Positions 52,001-60,838 of a DNA stretch of 64,000 nt are shown piece after piece (position 1 is the stretch's first letter; the number at the start of each line of letters is the position of its first letter). The stretch is taken from contig CAXGAI010000008.1 of NCBI GenBank assembly GCA_964007735.1, forward strand, positions 1-64,000. Reading direction: 5' to 3'. Under the pieces are notes generated by a model. That model was not told the origin of the DNA, did no database searches, and was given only the letters and a program-made list of their open reading frames with translations. This DNA comes from an uncultured Rhodopirellula sp. Lineage in GTDB: Bacteria > Planctomycetota > Planctomycetia > Pirellulales > Pirellulaceae. The translations under genes were made by a program, and so were the position numbers.

Positions 52001-52533
52001 TGGACCAACGAAAAAGGATCAAAAAAGTCAACAACTCCCCAGATAACTCCATAGTACTGATCAAACCCTCGTTGACGGGGATACGATTGAGGGGCGGCAA
52101 AGGGGATTCCTAAATCGACCTGATGATTCATCCAACCAATGCGATCCTGCCCGGCCGAAGTCGCAGCCAGTTCCGAAAGGTGCCACTTTCCGGTCATCGC
52201 AGTCTGATAACCTGATTCTTTTAGCAACTCTGCAACCGTCGGAGCGTTAAGATCCATTGTCCGGCCATTACGACCGAGACCAACTCGGTGTGGATAACTA
52301 CCTGTAAGGAGACTTGCGCGGGTTGGACAACAACGAGCACAATTATAAAACTGGCTGAAACGGACGCCGTTATCTGCTAGTTGATTCAAGTTGGGAGTCT
52401 CGATTTCTCCCCCGAAACACTGCGGATCTGAGTATCCCATGTCATCGACCAAAATCACCAGAAAATTTGGGCGTTCTACGGCAACCGATACGGAAGTTAG
52501 AGATAGTAAAAAGAAAGCAAAAAGAGTACGCAT
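49096..52533 (-). CDS. Tandem double sulfatase with central LamG-like domain
   Basis: Domain 1: PNFLVILVDD and CCPTRASLLTG. Domain 2: PNFIVILTDDQG and CSPSRAALLTG. A beta-rich linker (GVLVAQGG...) lies between them. Confidence 0.92.
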   Translation of the reverse strand: MRTLFAFFLLSLTSVSVAVERPNFLVILVDDMGYSDPQCFGGEIETPNLNQLADNGVRFSQFYNCARCCPTRASLLTGSYPHRVGLGRNGRTMDLNAPTVAELLKESGYQTAMTGKWHLSELAATSAGQDRIGWMNHQVDLGIPFAAPQSYPRQRGFDQYYGVIWGVVDFFDPFSLVHNDDPVTDVADDYYLTDAITNYSVKYIQDFDKSDKDPFFLYVAYTAPHWPLHAKAEVIEKYDGQYDGGWNQLKKDRFERQRKLKLFPGHIPVEPVEDRGVSWDSLSVSEKEYQANKFEVHAAMVDSVDQGIGRIVEALKETGEFENTVIFFLSDNGASPEIPGYAGYDRNGETRDGRTAHREKELKLPENRNKLGSDESYTGLGPAWANAANSPLKYWKKESYEGGCRTPFIVHWPAGLKAKAGSITRDLGHVMDIGPTCLELAGAKPAENFPMDGVSMVKALAGASLTNDRILFFEHNGGRAARHRQWKISALAGQPWELYNLDKDPAETTNMIEDQPQRYEDLKYRWEDWLAQMPQVGSVKPMPNGKQAERIANQPVKMSCTFSSLAHNGVLVAQGGSQQGISLHLRDKKLTFNVRINSKLTEITTPALEGNGPFEVEALLDDGGKLRLSVNNEVRATGSCGSLIPVQPQDGLSIKDDSQSNVGAYGDDFKYAGKVTDVKVRGLNIRPAKPRKEKTTEGKPAPNFIVILTDDQGWGTTSIPYDPEIRQSASDFFQTPNMERIANAGMRFTQAYSAHPNCSPSRAALLTGISPAAMHMSDIVDRHGGRLYEGNKLNPPRHVDDLDSNLDTIPELLKRHNRAYRSAHFGKWHLNGNGPEAHGFDESDGSTGNREGTVPSNLPDDPKRAFSMTRSSIRFMERQVQEGNPFYLQVSHYATHLGYQATSETIAKLTDRKPGRRHNSVPYGSMIEDLDRSLGDLLDAVERLGISDNTYIIYTADNGTYPTEDPGNINGPLRGSKATLWEAGVRVPMMLAGPGIQAGSISRTPAIGWDILPTICEIVGVENLDERIEGGSLLPVLMRKQNAQVQRSREELYFHWPHYQHEKKSKPDSTVIAGNFKLHYFWESREVQLFDLSRDLAEKTDVSGEYPELTKQLQEKLMQYLSDIDAPLPKVNPNYSPATDPALDQ

Positions 52534-52893
52534 AGATCGCCTATCGAGCCGTAATAACTGAAGAGAAAAGAGGTAAACAAGTAACGTATTAAAATCCTTC
52601 TGTCCGAGAAGCCTCGAGATTAATATAGCTTAAATCGTTTTGCGGGTGAGTGTAGACCCTTCCACTGTCAGCAGCCACATCGAGACGTGTCCGGCTCGCA
52701 TGTCCCAACATCATCTGCGATAACCATCCTGCAAAACCGTGATGCTTGTTCGTGGCACCGCCTCATAAAGACCAATTCAGCTTCGTTGATTTGTTCAAAC
52801 TAAAAAAACAGATAAACCCCGATTGCAGGGGAAGAAAACTTAAAATAAACTACACACTTCTAAGAGGGAGACTAGTCCCTGCAAGAATTGTAT

Positions 52894-52966
52894 TCCCCTG
52901 TAGCTCAGTTGGTAGAGCAGGCGGCTGTTAACCGCCTTGTCATAGGTTCGAGTCCTATCGGGGGAG
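52894..52966 (+). tRNA. tRNA-Asn (GTT)
   Basis: Acceptor stem TCCCCTG/CGGGGGA, D-arm AGCTCAGTTGGTAGAGC, anticodon arm GGCGG-CTGTTAA-CCGCC, T-arm ATAGG-TTCGAGT-CCTAT; CCA is not encoded. Confidence 0.97.
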
Positions 52967-53004
52967 CTTGTTTCTTTTCTACGGAAAGAAACCCCAAACC
53001 AGTG

Positions 53005-53048
53005 AACGCCCGGCTTCGAGAGATCGGCTGCCGGGCGTTTTCCATTTC
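53005..53048 (+). terminator. Putative intrinsic terminator after tRNA-Asn
   Basis: 10-bp inverted repeat AACGCCCGGC / GCCGGGCGTT followed by a pyrimidine-rich tail. Confidence 0.6.
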
Positions 53049-53356
53049 TCATCCGGTTTCGCCAAGGTTAGAATGAAGGAATGAGTTGATTGCTTGCTTC
53101 ATTTGGACATACTAAACCTTCTTCATCTTTTAGGAATCGTCTCACGATGCAAATTACAATCTACCTCCTGACCGCAATAATGCCTCTGGAAGCACTTCCA
53201 GAGGAACTCCAATAAGACAACAACAAGATTTTGCCAGCCCCGCCGTATTTGGGACCACTGTCTAAAACTCTGGTAGTTATGCTCCCTTAACTGACTGCCA
53301 ATTTGGATACTCTTAGAATAAAATATCTCCCCTACCTCACGATCAACCCTAACAAC

Positions 53357-56300
53357 ATGAAAACTATGAGACTACTTACATCGCTATTTCTGCTTCCTCT
53401 ACTTGCAATCACTGTCAACGCCCAACAATTTCAGTCTCTTTTTAACGGGAAAGACCTTTCCGGCTGGGCCGGGAAATCCGAATTCTGGACTGTAAAAGAT
53501 GGAGCTATCTTTGGGCAAACAACCAAAGAGAAGCCAACCAAAGGGAATACTTTCCTCGTCTGGCAGGATGGTGAAGTGGCTGACTTTGTTTTCAAAGCTA
53601 AAGTCCGCTTCTCCGGAAACAACTCAGGTGTGCAGTACCGCAGTGAACTTGTGGGTAACCCGGACGAATTCGTCGTGAAAGGCTATCAGGCAGACTTACA
53701 CCCTAAACCTGAATTCTTTGGAATGCTGTATGCGGAAAAATGGCGCGGCATCGTGGCTCAACGTTTTCAGCGAGTCCTTGTCGCTGAAGATGGAAAACCT
53801 CAGGTTGTTGGGGAAGTCGGCGACAAAGACCAAGTACTAGTCGATACCGAATGGAACGAACTGACTATTATTGCTGTTGGTAACAGACAAATCCACCAGG
53901 TTAATGGGGTCACTACCATGGATCTGACGGACAATCACACTGAAGCAAAACGTAAAGGTATCCTGGCACTGCAATTACATGCCGGTGCACCGATGAAAGT
54001 CGAATTTAAAGATGTTCAGCTCAAACATTTGGATCCCAAAAGCGGTAAAGCCGCTATCGACGCAGTCAGCGTCAAAACTGGAAACACAGCCACGCCTATC
54101 AACCGAATTAAGGCCGCTAAAGGCTTTCAGGTAGAGCTGCTTTATTCCGTTCCAAGTGAAGTGCATGGATCCTGGGTAAACCTCTGTACGGACAATAAAG
54201 GTCGTCTGATTGTCAGTGATCAATTTGGTAAGCTCTACAAAATCACGCCTCCTAAGAGCGGTGAGACATTGGCGCAAGCCGATGTAAAACCACTGAATGT
54301 TGACATCCGGGCTGTCAACGGTATGGTTTGGGCATTCGATGCTCTCTATGTCGGCGTCAACGACTATGAACGAAAAATCCCTTCCGGCTTGTATCGCATC
54401 ACCGATAGTGACGGGGATGACGAGTTAGATAAGGTCGAAATGCTTCGCTCGATGGATGCTCGCGGTGATCATGGCGTCCATGCAGTCGTACCAAGTCCGG
54501 ATGGTAAATCTCTCTTCCTGATTACCGGAAACAGCACAAAACCAACTCAGCTCGCTGATAATTCTCAAGTACCTCAGGTGTGGGGAGAAGACCATCTGTT
54601 ACCGAGCTTTCCCGACGGCCGGGGTCACAATCGTGGCGTCCTAGCTCCGGGAGGAATTATTTACAAAGTAGATCCGGACGGAAAACACTTTGAGGCTTAT
54701 GCCAATGGTTTTCGTAACATTTTTGATGCTGCCTTCAACCGTGAAGGTGAATTATTTACTTATGATGCCGACATGGAATACGACTTTAATGTGCCTTGGT
54801 ACCGTCCAACACGTATCTGCCAGGTCACCAGCGGATCTGAATTTGGCTGGCGAAACGGGGCGGGTAAACGTCCGGTATTCTATCCTGATAACCTGCCAGG
54901 TGTTTTAGATATTGGGCCTGGTTCACCAACCGGTGTCACCTTCGGTTACGGTGCTAAATTTCCGGCCAAATACCAAAATGCTCTTTATGCGTTGGACTGG
55001 AGTTGGGGTAAACTTTACGCCGTGCATATGAAACAGAATGGATCATCATATACCGCTACGAAAGAAGAATTCGTAACCGGGGCTCCGCTCCCAATTACAG
55101 ATGCCATCATCCACCCGGGAGACGGCGCGATGTACTTCACGATTGGTGGACGTCGAGTCCAATCCGGTCTGTATCGCGTCACCTATACGGGAGACGAATC
55201 AACGGCGTTGGTAACAACGACACCAAATGTCACTAAAGCAACGGAGTTACGACGGGAACTCGAATCGTTTCACGGCAAGCAGGATGCAAAGGCCATAACC
55301 TCTGCCTGGTCACATCTGAAAAATGAAGATCGCTTCATTCGGTGGGCAGCCCGAATCGCTGTTGAACATCAGTCGCTCGACGGTTGGGCAGATAAAGCGT
55401 TGACAGAATCTGACCCTCAAATCCAGGTCGAAGCATTACTTGCTCTGGCACGCGTTACCGGGGTTTGCCCTCAACACCGTTCCGAAGATACTCCAGCTGT
55501 CGATGTTGCTATGCGTACCAAGTTATTGAATGCCGTACTTGCAATCGACATGAGAAAGCTCAATCCGACAAGCCAGCTTACTTTGCAACGTACCATCCAA
55601 ATTATACTCAATCGCTTTGGGCGGCCGAACGACTCAACCGTAGAAAAGCTAACTGCTGCCATCGATCCTCTATTCCCATCCAACTCTGCCGACCTTAATT
55701 GGTTGTTGTGCGAAACGCTAGCCTATCTGCAATCGCCCACGGTAGCCGAAAAAACGATGGCCTTAATTGCAGCCGCGCCAACACAAGAAGAACAGGTGCA
55801 ATATGCTCGTTCTATCCGCATGCTGAAAAATGGCTGGACTCCTGAATTACAAAACGCATACTTCGAATGGTTCCTCAAAGCAGCAAACTATCGTGGTGGT
55901 GCCAGCTTTGACAAATTCATTGAATTCATTCGTAATGACGCGGTTGCCTCTTTAAGCGAATCCCAAAAAGATTCCATGAAGGAACTACTCGCGAAAAAAG
56001 CTGAACGCATTTCAGCTTTGGAAAACCTCGGAGTGATTTTTGAAGGGCGTCAGGAAAAGCAATGGAAACTGGACGAACTGGTTCAGGCTGCCAACTCCGG
56101 ATTGAAGGGCCGTGACTACGAAAACGGCCGGAAGATGTTTGGGGCTGCCGGATGTTACGCCTGCCATCGATTCCAGAATCAAGGGGGTATGACAGGTCCC
56201 GACCTGACGACGGCTGGCCGTCGATACTCGGTACGAGACTTACTTGATCAGGTTATCAACCCAAGTAAAGTCATCAACGACCAGTTTTCTGCAGTGATGG

Positions 56301-56557
56301 TCATTACCGACGATGGTCTCGTACACAGTGGAGTGGTTGTGAACCTAAACAACGATGGGCTGACACTCAACACCGACCTAACCGACCCTAATAAGCGTGT
56401 GAATATCAATCGAAATACGATTGACGAAATGCTTGTCTCCAAGACCTCTCCAATGCCGGCCGGATTGTTTAACCGCATGACCAGAGAAGAAATTCTTGAT
56501 CTGGTCGCCTACCTGATCAGTGGTGCCGACCCTAATCACGATTACTTTAAAAAATAG
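53357..56557 (+). CDS. DUF1080 + dehydrogenase-like beta-propeller + HEAT-like repeats + cytochrome c (PVC-type heme-binding protein)
   Basis: DUF1080: SLFNGKDLSGW, NNSGVQYRS, GYQAD, WNEL and GILALQLH. Propeller: GFQVELL, GFRNIFD and YDADMEYD. Heme motif CYACH, then GPDLT. Confidence 0.88.
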   Translation: MKTMRLLTSLFLLPLLAITVNAQQFQSLFNGKDLSGWAGKSEFWTVKDGAIFGQTTKEKPTKGNTFLVWQDGEVADFVFKAKVRFSGNNSGVQYRSELVGNPDEFVVKGYQADLHPKPEFFGMLYAEKWRGIVAQRFQRVLVAEDGKPQVVGEVGDKDQVLVDTEWNELTIIAVGNRQIHQVNGVTTMDLTDNHTEAKRKGILALQLHAGAPMKVEFKDVQLKHLDPKSGKAAIDAVSVKTGNTATPINRIKAAKGFQVELLYSVPSEVHGSWVNLCTDNKGRLIVSDQFGKLYKITPPKSGETLAQADVKPLNVDIRAVNGMVWAFDALYVGVNDYERKIPSGLYRITDSDGDDELDKVEMLRSMDARGDHGVHAVVPSPDGKSLFLITGNSTKPTQLADNSQVPQVWGEDHLLPSFPDGRGHNRGVLAPGGIIYKVDPDGKHFEAYANGFRNIFDAAFNREGELFTYDADMEYDFNVPWYRPTRICQVTSGSEFGWRNGAGKRPVFYPDNLPGVLDIGPGSPTGVTFGYGAKFPAKYQNALYALDWSWGKLYAVHMKQNGSSYTATKEEFVTGAPLPITDAIIHPGDGAMYFTIGGRRVQSGLYRVTYTGDESTALVTTTPNVTKATELRRELESFHGKQDAKAITSAWSHLKNEDRFIRWAARIAVEHQSLDGWADKALTESDPQIQVEALLALARVTGVCPQHRSEDTPAVDVAMRTKLLNAVLAIDMRKLNPTSQLTLQRTIQIILNRFGRPNDSTVEKLTAAIDPLFPSNSADLNWLLCETLAYLQSPTVAEKTMALIAAAPTQEEQVQYARSIRMLKNGWTPELQNAYFEWFLKAANYRGGASFDKFIEFIRNDAVASLSESQKDSMKELLAKKAERISALENLGVIFEGRQEKQWKLDELVQAANSGLKGRDYENGRKMFGAAGCYACHRFQNQGGMTGPDLTTAGRRYSVRDLLDQVINPSKVINDQFSAVMVITDDGLVHSGVVVNLNNDGLTLNTDLTDPNKRVNINRNTIDEMLVSKTSPMPAGLFNRMTREEILDLVAYLISGADPNHDYFKK

Positions 56558-56608
56558 CGACCTACTACGCATACTCTCTTTTCCTCCATCAAACAGGAAT
56601 CCTGATTC

Positions 56609-59362
56609 ATGAAGAAATTCATGTTCGCCCTCTGCGCGCTTCTTTTGTCGATCGCCCCCGCTTTTGCCGACACCACAACTACCCCTAATATCGTGTTGAT
56701 CATTTCGGATGATCAAAGTTTCTCTGACTATGGTTTCATGGGACATCCGGAAATTGAAACGCCCAATCTGGATAAACTCGCTCGTGAAAGTTCAGTTTTC
56801 AAACGTGGATATGTTCCAACAGCATTATGTCGTCCCGCATTAATGACCCTCGTAACAGGTCTTTATTCCCATCAAAACAAAACAACCGGAAACGATCCTG
56901 CGAGCACACTGCAGAACTCAGAATACAGCAAACAAACCGGAAAAGATGCTCGAGAATTACTCATCTCGCACATCGACAAAACAGGTTCTTTACCACAGTG
57001 GCTGGCAAAAAAGGGTTATGTCAGTCATCAAAGTGGTAAATGGTGGGAAGGTTCTTATCAACGCGGCGGGTTTACCGAGGGTATGACGAGAGGATTCCCC
57101 GAAAAAGGTGGGCGCCATGGCGATGACGGCTTGAAGATTGGCCGTGGTGGTCTGACCCCGGTGACTGACTTCATTGATCGCAGTGTCAAATCGAAAAAAC
57201 CATTCTTTGTTTGGTACGCCCCCTTCATGCCACACACACCTCACACCCCCCCTGAACGACTGTACAAAAAATACCTCGATAAGGGCGTGCAGCAGCGAAT
57301 CGCGAAGTACTACGCGATGTGCGAATGGTTTGACGAAACTTGTGGGGCTTTAGTGAACCATATCGATGATGCTGGAATCGCTGAAAACACGCTCATCATC
57401 TATGTCACCGATAATGGCTGGGTTCAGACCGAAACTGGTGGTTATGCAGCTCGTTCAAAACGCAGTCCTCACGAAATGGGCACGCGAACCCCCATTATGT
57501 TCCGCTGGCCGGGTACGATTCCAGCCGCAGATCGCCAAGAGCTCGCCTCATCCATCGACCTGGTCCCGACGATGCTAGCCGCGGCAGGAGCAAAGTCACC
57601 GCACCTACTGCCGGGACTAAATCTGCTGGAGGAATTGAAATCTGGCGAGAAGATTCAACGTAACAGAATCTTTGGCGAATCATTCGCACATGATATCGCC
57701 GATATTGAAAATCCTCAGGCATCACTTCTCTATCGATGGGTCATCAAAGAAAATCACAAACTATTGCTAACTTACGATGGACGTCCGGGGAAAATGAAAT
57801 ATCCACCTCGCGATGCTGCTCCTCAACTTTACAATCTAGAAACCGACCCGCTGGAAAAACGAAACCTGGCATCCAAGCTTCCAAAGCGAGTTGCGGAACT
57901 AAGTAAACTACTCGACGGATGGTACATCCCAACGCAACGGCAGGCAGGTAAGCTTGCGGCCAGCCCGTCCACGCAACCAATCAAGAAGTCGGTCGACAAA
58001 CCAAAATCTGATAACCGGCCCAATATCTTATTACTTTATGCCGATGATCAACGGAATCATACGCTGGGTTGTGCGGGCCATCCGATTGTTAAAACGCCAA
58101 ATATCGACCAACTGGCAGGAAAGGGAATCCGGTTTGAGAATGCTTTCGTGACTACATCCACTTGTTGGGTTGGTCGTTCTTGCCTGTTCACTGGATGCTA
58201 CGAACGCAAACATCTTTATCGGGTAACAGCAGGTCCATTGAATCCTGCACTCTGTCAGTCATCCTTCTTTGCTGTCCTCAAACAATCGGGGTATCGCACA
58301 GGACACCTCGGTAAAGAACATGTAGCCATCTCGGAAGACTCAGCCACAAAGATGTGGGACGTTCGCCGCAAACTCGGTCGAAACCCATACTTCAAGAAAC
58401 AAGACGATGGAAGCGAACGTCACGAAACGCAAATCCTGGGTGATTGGGGAATAGATTTTCTGAAAGAGCAACCTGCGGATAAACCGTTTTGCCTGCAAGT
58501 TAGCTTTAATGCCACACACGCTGAAGACGGTGACAGACGTCCCGGAATTGGACATTACCCATGGCCTAAGGTCACAGACGGTATGTATGAAGACCAAACA
58601 ATGCCGCTGCCTTCGCTCAATGATCCGGCAATCTATGAATCTCAGCCTGACTTTCTCAAAACATCCATCAACCGACAGCGATACTTTTGGCGATGGGACA
58701 CTCCGGAAAAATATCAAACCAATATGCGAGCATACTTCCGAATGCTGAGTGGTATTGACCACGTTGTCGGAAGATTAGCCCGGCAACTCGAGAGACAAGG
58801 TTTGGACGACAATACCATCATCATTTATACCGCGGACAATGGTTACTATCTGGGAGACCGGGGTTTTGCAGGCAAGTGGACGCACTACGAACAATCACTT
58901 CGCGTTCCTCTCATCATCTACGATCCACGACTACCGGAAGGTCGACAAGGTAAAGTCATTTCCAATATTGCTCTTAACAGTGACCTTGCCTCCACGATGA
59001 TTAATCTGGCCGGACTACCCTCACCCAAGTCGCACACAGGCGTGAGTCTCCTGCCACTCCTTAACGGCAAGAAGATTGAGGGATGGCGTCATGAGTTTCT
59101 CTGCGAATTTCTCGCGGTACCTCGAACGATTCCTCGCTGGGAAGGCGTTCGTGGAACAGATTGGGTTTATGCCCGATACTTTGTCAACGGCGCTGACCAA
59201 CCACCATTTGAATTCCTTCATCATCTGAAAGAGGATCCCGATCAGCTAAAAAACTTAGCCACGAGCCCAAAACACCATTCCATGCTTTTGAAAATGCGAG
59301 CTCGGTGTGATGCACTGATCTCTCAGTCCGGCCCTACGCTGCAGGAAATTGATGCTTCCTGA
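56609..59362 (+). CDS. Tandem double sulfatase-family protein with non-canonical motifs
   Basis: Domain 1: PNIVLIISDDQ and CRPALMTLVTG. Domain 2: PNILLLYADDQ and CWVGRSCLFTG. Confidence 0.9.
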   Translation: MKKFMFALCALLLSIAPAFADTTTTPNIVLIISDDQSFSDYGFMGHPEIETPNLDKLARESSVFKRGYVPTALCRPALMTLVTGLYSHQNKTTGNDPASTLQNSEYSKQTGKDARELLISHIDKTGSLPQWLAKKGYVSHQSGKWWEGSYQRGGFTEGMTRGFPEKGGRHGDDGLKIGRGGLTPVTDFIDRSVKSKKPFFVWYAPFMPHTPHTPPERLYKKYLDKGVQQRIAKYYAMCEWFDETCGALVNHIDDAGIAENTLIIYVTDNGWVQTETGGYAARSKRSPHEMGTRTPIMFRWPGTIPAADRQELASSIDLVPTMLAAAGAKSPHLLPGLNLLEELKSGEKIQRNRIFGESFAHDIADIENPQASLLYRWVIKENHKLLLTYDGRPGKMKYPPRDAAPQLYNLETDPLEKRNLASKLPKRVAELSKLLDGWYIPTQRQAGKLAASPSTQPIKKSVDKPKSDNRPNILLLYADDQRNHTLGCAGHPIVKTPNIDQLAGKGIRFENAFVTTSTCWVGRSCLFTGCYERKHLYRVTAGPLNPALCQSSFFAVLKQSGYRTGHLGKEHVAISEDSATKMWDVRRKLGRNPYFKKQDDGSERHETQILGDWGIDFLKEQPADKPFCLQVSFNATHAEDGDRRPGIGHYPWPKVTDGMYEDQTMPLPSLNDPAIYESQPDFLKTSINRQRYFWRWDTPEKYQTNMRAYFRMLSGIDHVVGRLARQLERQGLDDNTIIIYTADNGYYLGDRGFAGKWTHYEQSLRVPLIIYDPRLPEGRQGKVISNIALNSDLASTMINLAGLPSPKSHTGVSLLPLLNGKKIEGWRHEFLCEFLAVPRTIPRWEGVRGTDWVYARYFVNGADQPPFEFLHHLKEDPDQLKNLATSPKHHSMLLKMRARCDALISQSGPTLQEIDAS

Positions 59363-59407
59363 AGGCCGGGAAATTGAACTCCGCTTACCCGACAGACGAG
59401 ACTGAAA

Positions 59408-60835
59408 ATGAAAACTATCAACGTCATTGTTTGCGCCATATTTTTAATAGCCTCTTTCACGAACCCGCTCCACTCCGAAGAGCATCGTCCTGATATTGTC
59501 TTCATCATTGTTGACGATCTGAATGACTGGGTAGGCTGTCTTGGCGGGCATCCAGATGCCAAGTCTCCCAACATTGATCAGTTGGCATCCAAAGGGATGC
59601 TCTTTACGCAGGCATATTGCAATTCACCACAATGCCGTCCTTCCCGTACCAGCCTCAATCACGGTGTGTATCCATTCCGAACCGGGACCTACTTTAATGC
59701 CCGTTATCCCGAAGAGACAAAAATCTCCACTCCATCGATGCAGCAGTTCTTTGCAGACAATGGATTTCGTGTATCCATCGGAGGTAAAGTATTTCACGGT
59801 GGAACACCAAAAATCGAAGGAGCAGCGATACAAAATCGTCTGCCCGACCCACGACCTCCCAAAGGGAAGGACAACTTTGGCGGCTTGAAGCCACCGAATG
59901 ACGGATATCCACTCGATGTACCCGATGAACAAATGGGCGATTACAAACTATCGCAGTGGGCCATCCGGCAATGGAATAAAGTCACTGAGCAACCGGTATT
60001 TATGTCCGTTGGATTCTACCGACCTCACCGACCACTACAGGTTCCCAAGGTTTGGTTTGATCATTTCCCACTGGAAACAATCAGGCGTCCAGCCGAACCA
60101 AATGGAATCGATGACTGGGATGACATGCCGGAATTCGCGCGACGTTTGGCACGTACCCATGCACACAAACCTCTACATATGGGTCTCAGTGATCATGAAT
60201 TCATTGTGGCTAACAAACAATGGGATGCGACCATTCAGGCTTACCAGGCTTCGATTGCATTTGTGGATCAGCAAATTGGGCACCTACTGAACGCACTCCA
60301 GACAAACCCACGCGGACGAGAAACATACATTGTGTTAGTAAGCGACCATGGGTGGCATCTGGGAGAAAAAAAGCACTGGTGCAAAGGAGCTATCTGGGAA
60401 CAAACAACACATATTCCGTTTATCGTTCATGGTCCCGGTATTACACCTAATTCTCGCTGCACTCAGCCTGTGAGTCTGATTGATATTTATCCATCTTTGT
60501 TGGATTTCGCAGGGTTTGATATTCCAAAGTGGTCTGATGGTCACTCCATTAAGCCGCAATTCACAGACCACGACAGTCCTCGCCCTCCGGCGATTTCATC
60601 TTATGGAGAAGGCAATACTTCTATCCGTACGCAACACTGGCGTTATATTCACTATGAAGACGGATCTGAAGAGCTATATGACCATCGTGTTGATCCCGAT
60701 GAATGGGTTAATCAGGCCAGCAACCCAGAGCATTCAAAGTTAAAAAAACAATTGTCAAAGCTGATCCCCGAAAACCAGCATCCCGGACTTAAAGTTCGGG
60801 ACTGGATTGAAAAGTTCCAGGAAAAACCGGAATAG
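59408..60835 (+). CDS. Sulfatase, iduronate/choline-sulfatase-like
   Basis: PDIVFIIVDDLNDW, CRPSRTS, GKVFH, GFYRPH and SDHGWHLGEK. Confidence 0.92.
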   Translation: MKTINVIVCAIFLIASFTNPLHSEEHRPDIVFIIVDDLNDWVGCLGGHPDAKSPNIDQLASKGMLFTQAYCNSPQCRPSRTSLNHGVYPFRTGTYFNARYPEETKISTPSMQQFFADNGFRVSIGGKVFHGGTPKIEGAAIQNRLPDPRPPKGKDNFGGLKPPNDGYPLDVPDEQMGDYKLSQWAIRQWNKVTEQPVFMSVGFYRPHRPLQVPKVWFDHFPLETIRRPAEPNGIDDWDDMPEFARRLARTHAHKPLHMGLSDHEFIVANKQWDATIQAYQASIAFVDQQIGHLLNALQTNPRGRETYIVLVSDHGWHLGEKKHWCKGAIWEQTTHIPFIVHGPGITPNSRCTQPVSLIDIYPSLLDFAGFDIPKWSDGHSIKPQFTDHDSPRPPAISSYGEGNTSIRTQHWRYIHYEDGSEELYDHRVDPDEWVNQASNPEHSKLKKQLSKLIPENQHPGLKVRDWIEKFQEKPE

Positions 60836-60838
60836 AAA

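Noticed and set aside
52746..53076. Short ORFs overlapping the tRNA
   Set aside because: Translations of tRNA and terminator sequence.
52894..53356. tRNA-Asn as the integration site of a genomic island
   Set aside because: No integrase, and I saw no duplicated tRNA 3' end in the window; similar gene content lies on both sides.
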